Shown: positions 38,999 through 47,567 of the stretch, piece by piece
Layout of the letters: the number at the start of each line of letters is the position of its first letter
How positions within the stretch are numbered: the stretch's first letter is position 1
Source of the DNA: an uncultured Bacillales bacterium
GTDB lineage: Bacteria; Bacillota_I; Bacilli_A; RF39; UBA660
DNA: 64,000 bases
Reading direction: 5' to 3'
Assembly: GCA_946410555.1 (NCBI GenBank)
Contig: CAMKAT010000003.1
Location: 5,007-69,006 of the forward strand
Notes under the pieces: model-generated
Seen by the model: the letters and a program-made list of their open reading frames with translations, nothing else
The model's database searches: none
What the model was told of the DNA's origin: nothing
Made by a program: the position numbers and the translations under genes

Positions 38999-39922
38999 AT
39001 TTATATATTCATCTATTTTTTCATCTAAATTTTCAATTAAGAGATCACCTGAATGTTTTGTTCCACTGAAGTACTTTTCAGCATTTGATTCATAAGCACT
39101 ATAAAGTTTATTATCTTTATTCATATAGATTTGTTCTAACATGTTAGGCATTTCAAAATTTAAACATTTTTCATTTCTATAATCTTTAATATTTGGATCA
39201 TACTTAACCAGTTTCATATTAGATTTAAATTTATTACCAATTGATGATGATACAAACATATAAGTGCTACCATTATAATCATAAAAAGATAAACCTTGAA
39301 CTAATCCATAGAAGTAACTCTTTTCGTATTCATCTGGATTAATAGATCCATTATCTAATACTTTAAATTTCTTCATGGTTGAAAAAGCTTCAGCTGTATA
39401 ATCACCTAAGAATAAATAACCATCATGATATGCTATGTAAGCAACTGATGTATTTCCATAAACGTTAACTAATCCCTTAGATACATCTAATCTATAGAAT
39501 TTAGGATTAATTACATCATTAACCATAAATTCATCTTTATTATAACCACTGATTGTTCCTTGGATATCTGTAATCCATACTATTTGATTAATTGGATCAT
39601 ATGTAATACCACCAACATGACTGTTATTATTTAGTAATACTTCTTTTACATAATTCATATCTAAATCATAAATTATTACTTTACTCGATTTACTAATTGA
39701 ATCATTATAGGCAGTAACAAATAAATAATCATCTACTTCACATATACCTTGGATAACATATGTATCACTATCTATATCTAATTCTTTTTGAATCATATTC
39801 TTATCAAAAGGAACTTTTTCATTAATTACTCCTTTAGAACCACTTGAGTTTAAAGTAGTCATAAAGACTAATCCTAAGAGTGTTAGTTTCTTTTTAAATT
39901 TAGTATATTTCATAACCTTCAC
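38990..39922 (-). CDS. Secreted protein, probable beta-propeller-like
   Basis: N-terminal hydrophobic segment; repeated blade-like strands (HVGGITYDPINQIVWITDIQGTISGYNKDEF...GLSFYDYNGSTYMFVSSS). Confidence 0.6.
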   Translation of the reverse strand: MKVMKYTKFKKKLTLLGLVFMTTLNSSGSKGVINEKVPFDKNMIQKELDIDSDTYVIQGICEVDDYLFVTAYNDSISKSSKVIIYDLDMNYVKEVLLNNNSHVGGITYDPINQIVWITDIQGTISGYNKDEFMVNDVINPKFYRLDVSKGLVNVYGNTSVAYIAYHDGYLFLGDYTAEAFSTMKKFKVLDNGSINPDEYEKSYFYGLVQGLSFYDYNGSTYMFVSSSIGNKFKSNMKLVKYDPNIKDYRNEKCLNFEMPNMLEQIYMNKDNKLYSAYESNAEKYFSGTKHSGDLLIENLDEKIDEYINKL

Positions 39923-39945
39923 CAGTTTGTTATTATAACAAACCC

Positions 39946-40872
39946 TTACCTTTTAATTCTACTTAATAGACACTTCTTTACATCCTGAATGTGTTCATCA
40001 CTCCACCAAGGAGCGGGGAATGTAAATAAGTCATCATAATCTAGCGATGCAAAGTTGAAATTACTTAAATGTATATTCTTATTATCTAAAATTAAATAAT
40101 CATACTTATCTTTATTCTTCATATATGTATCTAACAGTGTGAATCCAAATCTAGAATTATTATTTTCATTAATATCTCTTACATATATTGGTTTTAAATA
40201 AAGAAGTCTTAAACCATCAATTACAAACTCATGTTTTTCAAGTGTTAAATCATCAGCGAATCTTATACACTCACCATCATCTTCAGTCTTAGGGTTACCA
40301 TTCAATAAAAGATATCCATACCTATATTCTTCTTCATGGAAAATACCATAATTATTAGATACACGTTTAAAGTTTGGACCAAAGTCCTCATACCAATCAC
40401 AGTCATCATATATTATATGTTTTCTTATCTCAGGATGTTCACTTAAATATTTTCTTATAGCTTCCCTTTTATCTAGTCCTGGCTTAGTAGTATCTACTAC
40501 ATAATCTTCCATATCATACACTTTAAAATATCCTTTAAGAAATTCAAATGGATGATTATCTTTCCAATCACTAGATATTACTATGTTAGAACCTGTAACA
40601 TAAAGGAGTTCTTTTAAATAACCAATAGCCATTGGCCTCCAGTCATAGTAAACTGCTCCAATATCGTAATCATACATATTTAAGTATCTTTCATCATGAT
40701 ACTTTTCATATAAATATTTTTTTAATAATTCATTATCATGATCATGCCTTATTTGACCATTTTGAAGAACTCCATAAATATCTAGGAAAATTGTTCTATG
40801 TTCTTCTTTTATTCTTTTAATCTTTTCTAAATCATAATAATTACTTTTATAGAAATCAAAACTCTTATGCAT
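39946..40872 (-). CDS. HAD-like protein (HAD_SAK-type) paralog 2
   Basis: RTIFLDIYGVLQNG, NIVISSDWKDNHPFEFLKGYF, KHIIYDDCDWYEDF; same layout as 13399..14232. Confidence 0.65.
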   Translation of the reverse strand: MHKSFDFYKSNYYDLEKIKRIKEEHRTIFLDIYGVLQNGQIRHDHDNELLKKYLYEKYHDERYLNMYDYDIGAVYYDWRPMAIGYLKELLYVTGSNIVISSDWKDNHPFEFLKGYFKVYDMEDYVVDTTKPGLDKREAIRKYLSEHPEIRKHIIYDDCDWYEDFGPNFKRVSNNYGIFHEEEYRYGYLLLNGNPKTEDDGECIRFADDLTLEKHEFVIDGLRLLYLKPIYVRDINENNNSRFGFTLLDTYMKNKDKYDYLILDNKNIHLSNFNFASLDYDDLFTFPAPWWSDEHIQDVKKCLLSRIKR

Positions 40873-40896
40873 AACTCACCTATACAACTAATTTTC

Positions 40897-42504
40897 CTAT
40901 ACAACTAATTTTTCAAAATCTTTAGTTCCTTTTACTTTTGCATATAAATATAAAAGATAAGCGATAATCGCAAATATTAATGTTGCTATTAAAACAACTA
41001 AATTAGCATTAACTAATTCTTTTAATTTAAATACCAATCCAATTGATACAAAAGTTAAGAACATTCCTACCATCACAGATATAAATGAAGACATACTTTG
41101 TTTGACTACTTCAGTATCATCTTTAGCATCTAATTTAGGGAATTTAAGATTAACAATAATTCCTATAAGTCCCGAGATTAATGGTAGAATTACTGCACAT
41201 ATAATAAGCAATAATCCAATGAATATATTTATTTTAAAGTTAATAAAACTTACTATTAATCCAATAATCATTATTGGAACTTCCACTGTTAAAGTAGTAT
41301 TTACTTTATACATAATTATATCTATTGGTCTTATTGGTAAACTTTTAAGTATATTAATAGATTTACCTTCCAAAGAAATCATACAACAAGTAAGATTGGT
41401 TAATAATGAGGTAGCTACTACTATTAATAATAATACTATAGGTATATTACCTGTGATATCAAATAGAACTTCTCCATTTTGTGTTGTAAGCATATCCTTA
41501 AACATATCTATTTTAAAGTTAATCATTGCGATTGCAATAATATATATTACAAGTCCAAAACAAGAATTTAATATATATACTGGAGTATTAACAAGTCTTT
41601 TAAGCTCTTTTTTAATAAATGCTTTCCCCCTAGATGTAACTTTAATATTTAAAGAAGTATCTTTATTATGACTACCTATTTTCTTAACTATTTTAATCTT
41701 AGAATTAATACTAAAGTATACATTTTTTAAACTAATAATAAGAATTATAAATGGAATAACATGAAGAAGTATAAAGATTATTAAATCAAGCACTTTAAAA
41801 TTAGTAATTAAATTAACATAAAGACCCGCAGGATAATAAACCTTTATAATAATATCATTAATACTCTTAGCGTTTTCTAGAAGATTATCAAAAAGAGTAC
41901 CCATATTGGACCAAACTATTAAAAGAATTCCAATAAATATAAACGAAATATAAGTTTGCATAATATTTTTATTTTTAAACATTGAAGATAAAAATGCTAT
42001 TACTATTCCTACGATCGTAGAAAGAACAATTGGAATAATTGGTAGTAATAATAAACTTAAAACAGAAATTAAATAATAACTCACCTCTGGATGCACATGC
42101 ACTGCGTAACATGCTAATGCAGGTAATAAGAATAAACTATTAAATATAAGTTCAAATACATAGAACTTTAATACTCTTATAAAGAAAACTGTGCTTCTTT
42201 TAATTGGTAAAGTAAGTAATAAATCATCGTCTTTACAATTAAATAAAAGACCACTACTCTTATAGATACCTTCCATAAATGTCATTATAGTTGTACCTAA
42301 GATAAACATAGTAACTATTACATATTGAAGATTAACTTCATCTAAGACGCTCATTAATTGATCTGCATTTATATAAAATGAAGACATTATTAATAATGCA
42401 AGTATAAATGGTAAGTACTTATATTTGGAAGCATTACCCTTTAATTTAAAGATAGACATATTATCTTTAAGACAAACTTTGATTAAAGTAATTAACTTTT
42501 TCAT
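40897..42504 (-). CDS. ABC-2 type exporter permease
   Basis: 535 aa, ~12 hydrophobic segments; LLTLPIKRSTVFFIRVLKFYVFELIFNSLF typical of ABC exporter permeases; paired with the ATPase. Confidence 0.85.
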   Translation of the reverse strand: MKKLITLIKVCLKDNMSIFKLKGNASKYKYLPFILALLIMSSFYINADQLMSVLDEVNLQYVIVTMFILGTTIMTFMEGIYKSSGLLFNCKDDDLLLTLPIKRSTVFFIRVLKFYVFELIFNSLFLLPALACYAVHVHPEVSYYLISVLSLLLLPIIPIVLSTIVGIVIAFLSSMFKNKNIMQTYISFIFIGILLIVWSNMGTLFDNLLENAKSINDIIIKVYYPAGLYVNLITNFKVLDLIIFILLHVIPFIILIISLKNVYFSINSKIKIVKKIGSHNKDTSLNIKVTSRGKAFIKKELKRLVNTPVYILNSCFGLVIYIIAIAMINFKIDMFKDMLTTQNGEVLFDITGNIPIVLLLIVVATSLLTNLTCCMISLEGKSINILKSLPIRPIDIIMYKVNTTLTVEVPIMIIGLIVSFINFKINIFIGLLLIICAVILPLISGLIGIIVNLKFPKLDAKDDTEVVKQSMSSFISVMVGMFLTFVSIGLVFKLKELVNANLVVLIATLIFAIIAYLLYLYAKVKGTKDFEKLVV

Positions 42505-42505
42505 A

Positions 42506-43210
42506 TTAATCCTCTAGTTCTAAGAAGACACTCTCTAAAGATTTATCTCCTTTGACTTCTTTCATAGTTCCAACACTTACAAGTTCGCCTTTTTTAATTA
42601 TTCCTACCCTTGAACATAGTTTTTCTGCAACTTCTAGAATATGAGTTGAAAAGAAAATTGTAGTTCCTTTTTTAGTTAATTTTTTCATTATTTCTTTAAC
42701 ATCAAATACTGCTTTTGGATCTAATCCTACGAATGGTTCATCCATAATAAGAACCTTAGGTTCATGTACTAAAGCACATATAAGTGCTATCTTTTGTTTC
42801 ATACCATGAGAGTAAGACTCAATAATATCATTAAGTTTATCATCCATTTCAAATAATTTAGAATATTTAATTATTCTTTCAGTTCTATCACTTTCTGACA
42901 CTTCATACATATCACAAATAAAGTTAATATAATCAATTGCTTTCATTTGCTCATAAAGTTCAGGATTATCTGGAACAAATGCCATTTCTTTTTTACATTC
43001 TACTGGATTTTTCTTTATTGATTTACCATTAATAAGAATACTCCCTGAATCAAATTCTTGAATACCAGTGATACATTTAATTAAAGTTGTTTTACCTGCA
43101 CCATTGTGTCCTATGAATGCAAATATTTCTCCATCACCAACTTTAAACGAAACATTATTAACCGCTATATTATTTCCATATTTTTTAGTTACTTTCTTTA
43201 TCTCTATCAT
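42506..43210 (-). CDS. ABC transporter ATP-binding protein
   Basis: GHNGAGKTTLIKCI, YSHGMKQKIALICAL, VLIMDEPFVGLDP. Confidence 0.96.
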   Translation of the reverse strand: MIEIKKVTKKYGNNIAVNNVSFKVGDGEIFAFIGHNGAGKTTLIKCITGIQEFDSGSILINGKSIKKNPVECKKEMAFVPDNPELYEQMKAIDYINFICDMYEVSESDRTERIIKYSKLFEMDDKLNDIIESYSHGMKQKIALICALVHEPKVLIMDEPFVGLDPKAVFDVKEIMKKLTKKGTTIFFSTHILEVAEKLCSRVGIIKKGELVSVGTMKEVKGDKSLESVFLELED

Positions 43211-43266
43211 TTCTACACCATCCTATGATAATTATACACTAAATTTTACTAATAATAAAAGGAGGA

Positions 43267-44532
43267 TTATTTATCCTCCTTTTTATCCTTCTTTACAACT
43301 TTAATTGATTGAGTTTTTTCTAATTCTTCATTAATTTCATCAAGTGTTGTTTTCTTATTCTTTTTATCTAAAAGAATTATTGTAGAAAATGCTAGGACTG
43401 CAACTGAAACTGCAACTACAACTGCAATGATAGCCATTTGTTTTTTATCTATTTTAACAGTTTTAACTTTTTCTTCCTCTTCAACTTCAGTTGTTGGTTC
43501 AGTATCATCATCACCTTCGATATCAGTGTATGGAGCTACTAATTCATCTTCTTCTAAGAATTCAGAAGTCATAGTTGTTACTCTTACCCAACCCAATTTA
43601 TTGTTAAAGAATACTAATACATCAATTGTATCTGTATCACTTGCTCCCATTAGTTCATATACTAAGTTAACTGTAGAAAGTTTAGTTCCTGATGGAATTG
43701 TTTCTAATACTTCAGAACCTTTCATTGTAGAATACATCTTAGTATCTTTTTTAAATAAAATATTAAATTGTCTTTCTTTAAAACTAGTTCCAGGTTTCTT
43801 ACCTTCATTAATTAAATTATATGAATCATTATCATCTAATGTAATCATTTCATTATTTACTTTTATAATTGGAACTGTTGTAATCCATGGATTAGCCCAA
43901 TAATAAATAGTTTCTACAGTATTAGCTTTAATAAGAGTACCATTTAATGTTATATCTTTAGTAATAATTGCTTTTAAAGTTGTAGCATTGACTTCTCTTA
44001 CATTGAAGTGATCATTTTCACCACCATTACCAATGTAGATCCAACCTTTAAGTTCATCTTCTTGGATATAGAAGTAATCACTATAACTTTCTGATTTAGC
44101 AGCATAAAATGCAGTTACTTGTTCACCCTTTGAAATGTGACCAACTTTTTCATAAACACTTGCAGGTCCTGCATAAACATCTAACTTTTCTACAACTACT
44201 TCAAATTCTCTAGTTTTATCTAATTTAAAGATATTCTTATCATTAGGATTTACTGATTGAGTTTTTGGTTTAATAGCTACGATATCTTCACTCTTTAAAT
44301 CATAATAGTTATTCTTATAAACTATTTGATAACTAGTTCCAGAACCAGTTACTACGACAGTATCTCCTTTTTTAAATTTAACAGTTTTATTATTGTAATC
44401 TTTAACAGTTAATCCTGTTTCTGCAATTACTTCAGCTTCAAATTCTCTTATCATAGGTGCTCCTAGATCAGCATGAGCAATCATTGGAACAAACATTGCC
44501 ATAATTAATAATACTTTAATAAAATTTTTCAT
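43267..44532 (-). CDS. Secreted/membrane-anchored SH3-domain protein
   Basis: Signal peptide; LDVYAGPASVYEKVGHISKGEQVTAFYAAK...GWIYIGNG SH3-like region; TM MAIIAVVVAVSVAVLAFSTIILL near the C-terminus. Confidence 0.75.
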   Translation of the reverse strand: MKNFIKVLLIMAMFVPMIAHADLGAPMIREFEAEVIAETGLTVKDYNNKTVKFKKGDTVVVTGSGTSYQIVYKNNYYDLKSEDIVAIKPKTQSVNPNDKNIFKLDKTREFEVVVEKLDVYAGPASVYEKVGHISKGEQVTAFYAAKSESYSDYFYIQEDELKGWIYIGNGGENDHFNVREVNATTLKAIITKDITLNGTLIKANTVETIYYWANPWITTVPIIKVNNEMITLDDNDSYNLINEGKKPGTSFKERQFNILFKKDTKMYSTMKGSEVLETIPSGTKLSTVNLVYELMGASDTDTIDVLVFFNNKLGWVRVTTMTSEFLEEDELVAPYTDIEGDDDTEPTTEVEEEEKVKTVKIDKKQMAIIAVVVAVSVAVLAFSTIILLDKKNKKTTLDEINEELEKTQSIKVVKKDKKEDK

Positions 44533-44591
44533 CTTTCATCTTCCTTCTTTATTATTATATTTTACCTTTTAGTATTTTTTCAATAATATTT

Positions 44592-44942
44592 TTATATATT
44601 AAATATTAATCCTATTCCATAAGACACAGCATTAAGTATTAAAGATAAAACAAATGGATTTAGTTTTCTATATTTCAATGTTTTTAAATAAACTAATCCT
44701 TCAAGTATGACTGCTAATACTTCTAGGATATATATTGAATAACGATATACACTATAATTAAATACTATATATAAAAGTATTGGTAATGTTACTACGATTG
44801 GATTAGTCATTATATTAACAAGTATTATATTTAGAAAATCTCGTTTTTTCCTTACTCCAAAGATAAAAGCTAAACTTACTTCGATTAATATAGTTAGTGT
44901 TAAACATATAATCATTACTAAATATTCATTATTTAGATCCAT
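44592..44942 (-). CDS. Small polytopic membrane protein
   Basis: 116 aa with ~4 hydrophobic segments; translationally overlaps the upstream 44-aa ORF. Confidence 0.7.
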   Translation of the reverse strand: MDLNNEYLVMIICLTLTILIEVSLAFIFGVRKKRDFLNIILVNIMTNPIVVTLPILLYIVFNYSVYRYSIYILEVLAVILEGLVYLKTLKYRKLNPFVLSLILNAVSYGIGLIFNI

Positions 44943-45063
44943 TTCTTACCTCTTTAATAACTAAATATGTAGTTATTCCAATAATTGCTAAAGTAATAAG
45001 AATAGTTATTATAAACAATGTTTCATTCTCCTTTATAAATAAGGGATTAAATATATATTTCAT
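44929..45063 (-). CDS. 44-aa single-TM small protein
   Basis: MKYIFNPLFIKENETLFIITILITLAIIGITTYLVIKEVRNGSK; ATG overlaps the MFS stop as TAATG, strong SD AAAGGAG; its 3' end overlaps the next gene start by 14 nt. Confidence 0.75.
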   Translation of the reverse strand: MKYIFNPLFIKENETLFIITILITLAIIGITTYLVIKEVRNGSK

Positions 45064-46094
45064 TATTTTTCTCCTTTCAGAATACTTCCTAGAAGTATTG
45101 ATGAAATAATTGAGAATACTATTATCATTATTACATTATATATAAATGTTAGTTTAATAAAGAATATAGGTACTGTTCCTAAGAATAAACCTATTGTTGT
45201 AATACCAAAAGAAAGCCCAGGTTTACTCTTTAATACTGAAAGAATAATACCTAAAGTAATAGACATAGTCATAGAAAATAAACATATACCAAAAAGAGAT
45301 ACTAACATAAGTTTATCTCCACAACAAAGGAATGGTATTGATAAAAGTGTACTTAAAATAGCAACTTTTCTTATTCCAAACTTATCACTTAGTATTCCTC
45401 CGAGTGCTTTGCCTATTCCCATCGTAGTAAATAAAAGAATCATTTCTTGTGTAGTTTTATTCCATGATGTAGGTATTCCATAACCCATATAGCCTCTGAT
45501 AATAACTACAAAGAAAGCAATTAATATAGCTATATATGAATTAACATTCTTCTTTAAAAATGAATACTTAGTATATCCAGTTAGATTCTTCGTTTCTTCA
45601 TGAGTAAGTATTATTAAAGGAATCATTGATACAAGTGGAACAAAAAGAATACTTCCAAAAGTAAGTGAATCTGAAAGAAGTCTACCCACCATTACTCCGA
45701 ATGACCCTCCAGCAACAAAGATTGCAGTGTTGGATAACTTACCGTTTCCGTATTTAATGGTAGCTTCTGCCCCACTTACATGTAAGCATGCATTACCTAA
45801 ACAAATTATAAATAAAGGTATTAATACACTGACATCTATATATAAGAAGAATATATATCCTATAAAGAATAAAAGTATTCCAATTAATCCTATATTAATA
45901 TCTTTTCTTAAATCACTAATGTATCCAATCAAAGCTTGAGGTACAAAAGCAAAAGAATCATATATTAATGGTATAAGCCAAACTATTCCACTTTTATAGT
46001 TACTATAAAGAAAGTAAAAAGATAGAACTTCTACTACAAAATGTATATAAAAATATATAATTCCTATTTTGTTATTATCTATTTTTTTAATCAT
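45063..46094 (-). CDS. MFS transporter
   Basis: 343-aa polytopic protein; LSDKFGIRKVAILSTLLSIPF MFS loop-like motif. Confidence 0.75.
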   Translation of the reverse strand: MIKKIDNNKIGIIYFYIHFVVEVLSFYFLYSNYKSGIVWLIPLIYDSFAFVPQALIGYISDLRKDINIGLIGILLFFIGYIFFLYIDVSVLIPLFIICLGNACLHVSGAEATIKYGNGKLSNTAIFVAGGSFGVMVGRLLSDSLTFGSILFVPLVSMIPLIILTHEETKNLTGYTKYSFLKKNVNSYIAILIAFFVVIIRGYMGYGIPTSWNKTTQEMILLFTTMGIGKALGGILSDKFGIRKVAILSTLLSIPFLCCGDKLMLVSLFGICLFSMTMSITLGIILSVLKSKPGLSFGITTIGLFLGTVPIFFIKLTFIYNVIMIIVFSIISSILLGSILKGEK

Positions 46095-46168
46095 TAATTA
46101 TCAACTCTCATACACTAAAATTATAGCATAAACTTTTAGCAAATATACTAGAGTTTTACATATATCAT

Positions 46169-46177
46169 TGGTATAAT
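46169..46177 (+). promoter_or_regulatory. Extended -10 element TGGTATAAT for the plus-strand gene
   Basis: TGGTATAATTAATACGTG, 6 nt before GTG 46184. Confidence 0.55.
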
Positions 46178-46183
46178 TAATAC

Positions 46184-47503
46184 GTGAGTATTATGAATAA
46201 AAAAACTGAAAGAAAAACTAAATATAACAAAGTTAAAAGATTAAAAAAACTTAGAATGCTACTTTTAAAGAAAAAACATCAGAAGCTTAAACTCGCAAGA
46301 CTATTTAGTGTAATGAATGCTACTTTCTTAGTACTATTTATTATATCTTGTAATAGTTCTTACCTCTTTAATAAAGTATTCAAATGGATTTTCTTTATAG
46401 CCTTCGTAGCAAGTTTTATTGCATTTATATATTCAATCGTTGGTTATGTGTCTATTGATAGTGATTTAAAACTACCAGTTAAAAGATGGATAATAAATTC
46501 AATTACTATTATCTATATCACAGGATGTGTAATATTTATTAATCTACTTTATGGTCCTTTTCCTAAATTTAGAGAATGGTTAATAACTACTGCGATGGAA
46601 ACTATGAATCATCAGTACTTATGTAGAATATTCTATAATGATACATATATAAATAATTTACTTAGTTCAAACTATATTCTAGAACCTAACGAAGTTATGG
46701 ATACAGATTTAGTTAAAACTAATAAGAACTTATTTGAATATGATGAAAATAATGAATATGAAGTAAAGATGTTCAAGAATCATACTGAAGATGAAATATA
46801 TAGACTTATAAGATTTAAAGTAAATGGTCAAAATGCATATCTTGCTGTAGTATATGATCCAGCCTATTGTGAATTCTTAGCAAGTAAGAATGTACATGTA
46901 AGTGGTGAATATATCGTAGACATGGCAAAAAGAACAAATGCATTAATCGCTGTTAATGGTGGTAGATTTATTGATCCTACCAATAAGAGCAACGGAAACA
47001 ATCCTGCGGGTGTAACAATTCAAAAGCGTAAAATAATAACAGACCATCCTATTGAAAATGGTATGGGTGTTATTGGATTTAATAAAGATAATATATTAGT
47101 ACTTTACAAAAATAAAAATGCTCAAGAACTTCTAGATTTAGGAGTTAGAGATTGTGTTACTTCTATTCCATTCCTAATAGTTAATGGAGTTGCTTCATTT
47201 ACTAAAGGAAGCGGTGGTTATGGCTATGCTGCTAGAACTGCGATTGGACAAAGAAAAGATGGAGTTACATTAATACTTGTAGTTGATTCCAATGAAACTA
47301 GAACTAATGGTGCAAGTATGAAAGACTTAACTGATATAATGCTTAACTATGGTGCTATTAATGCTGCAGCTTTAGATGGTGGTACTTCTACTGTAATGGT
47401 AGAAAAAGGAATTACTATTTCTAGACCTATAAATGCATCTTTAAGAAATGTTACTAGACCAGTTGCTACTGGACTTGTAGTAAATCCAGAAAAATTAAAT
47501 TAA
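46184..47503 (+). CDS. Membrane-anchored phosphodiester glycosidase family (NAGPA-like) protein
   Basis: TMs at the N-terminus; ALIAVNGGRFIDP, GVTIQKRKI, RTAIGQRKDGVTLILVVD, YGAINAAALDGGTSTVMV. Start may be GTG 46184 or ATG 46193. Confidence 0.9.
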   Translation: MSIMNKKTERKTKYNKVKRLKKLRMLLLKKKHQKLKLARLFSVMNATFLVLFIISCNSSYLFNKVFKWIFFIAFVASFIAFIYSIVGYVSIDSDLKLPVKRWIINSITIIYITGCVIFINLLYGPFPKFREWLITTAMETMNHQYLCRIFYNDTYINNLLSSNYILEPNEVMDTDLVKTNKNLFEYDENNEYEVKMFKNHTEDEIYRLIRFKVNGQNAYLAVVYDPAYCEFLASKNVHVSGEYIVDMAKRTNALIAVNGGRFIDPTNKSNGNNPAGVTIQKRKIITDHPIENGMGVIGFNKDNILVLYKNKNAQELLDLGVRDCVTSIPFLIVNGVASFTKGSGGYGYAARTAIGQRKDGVTLILVVDSNETRTNGASMKDLTDIMLNYGAINAAALDGGTSTVMVEKGITISRPINASLRNVTRPVATGLVVNPEKLN

Positions 47504-47530
47504 TACATTCTTAATTGAATGTATTTTTTT
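47502..47530 (+). terminator. Terminator of the plus-strand gene
   Basis: AATACATTC-TTAATT-GAATGTATT followed by TTTTT. Confidence 0.8.
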
Positions 47531-47542
47531 ATGTAATAAAAA

Positions 47543-47562
47543 AGGATGACTTTTGTCATCCT
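47543..47562 (-). terminator. Terminator of 47568..49697
   Basis: AGGATGAC-TTTT-GTCATCCT with a T tract on the minus strand. Confidence 0.8.
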
Positions 47563-47567
47563 AAAAT

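Noticed and set aside
44929-45018. TTG-start 29-aa version of the small ORF (MFIITILITLAIIG...)
   Set aside because: The same frame extends upstream to an ATG with a stronger SD overlapping the MFS stop, so the 44-aa form is preferred.
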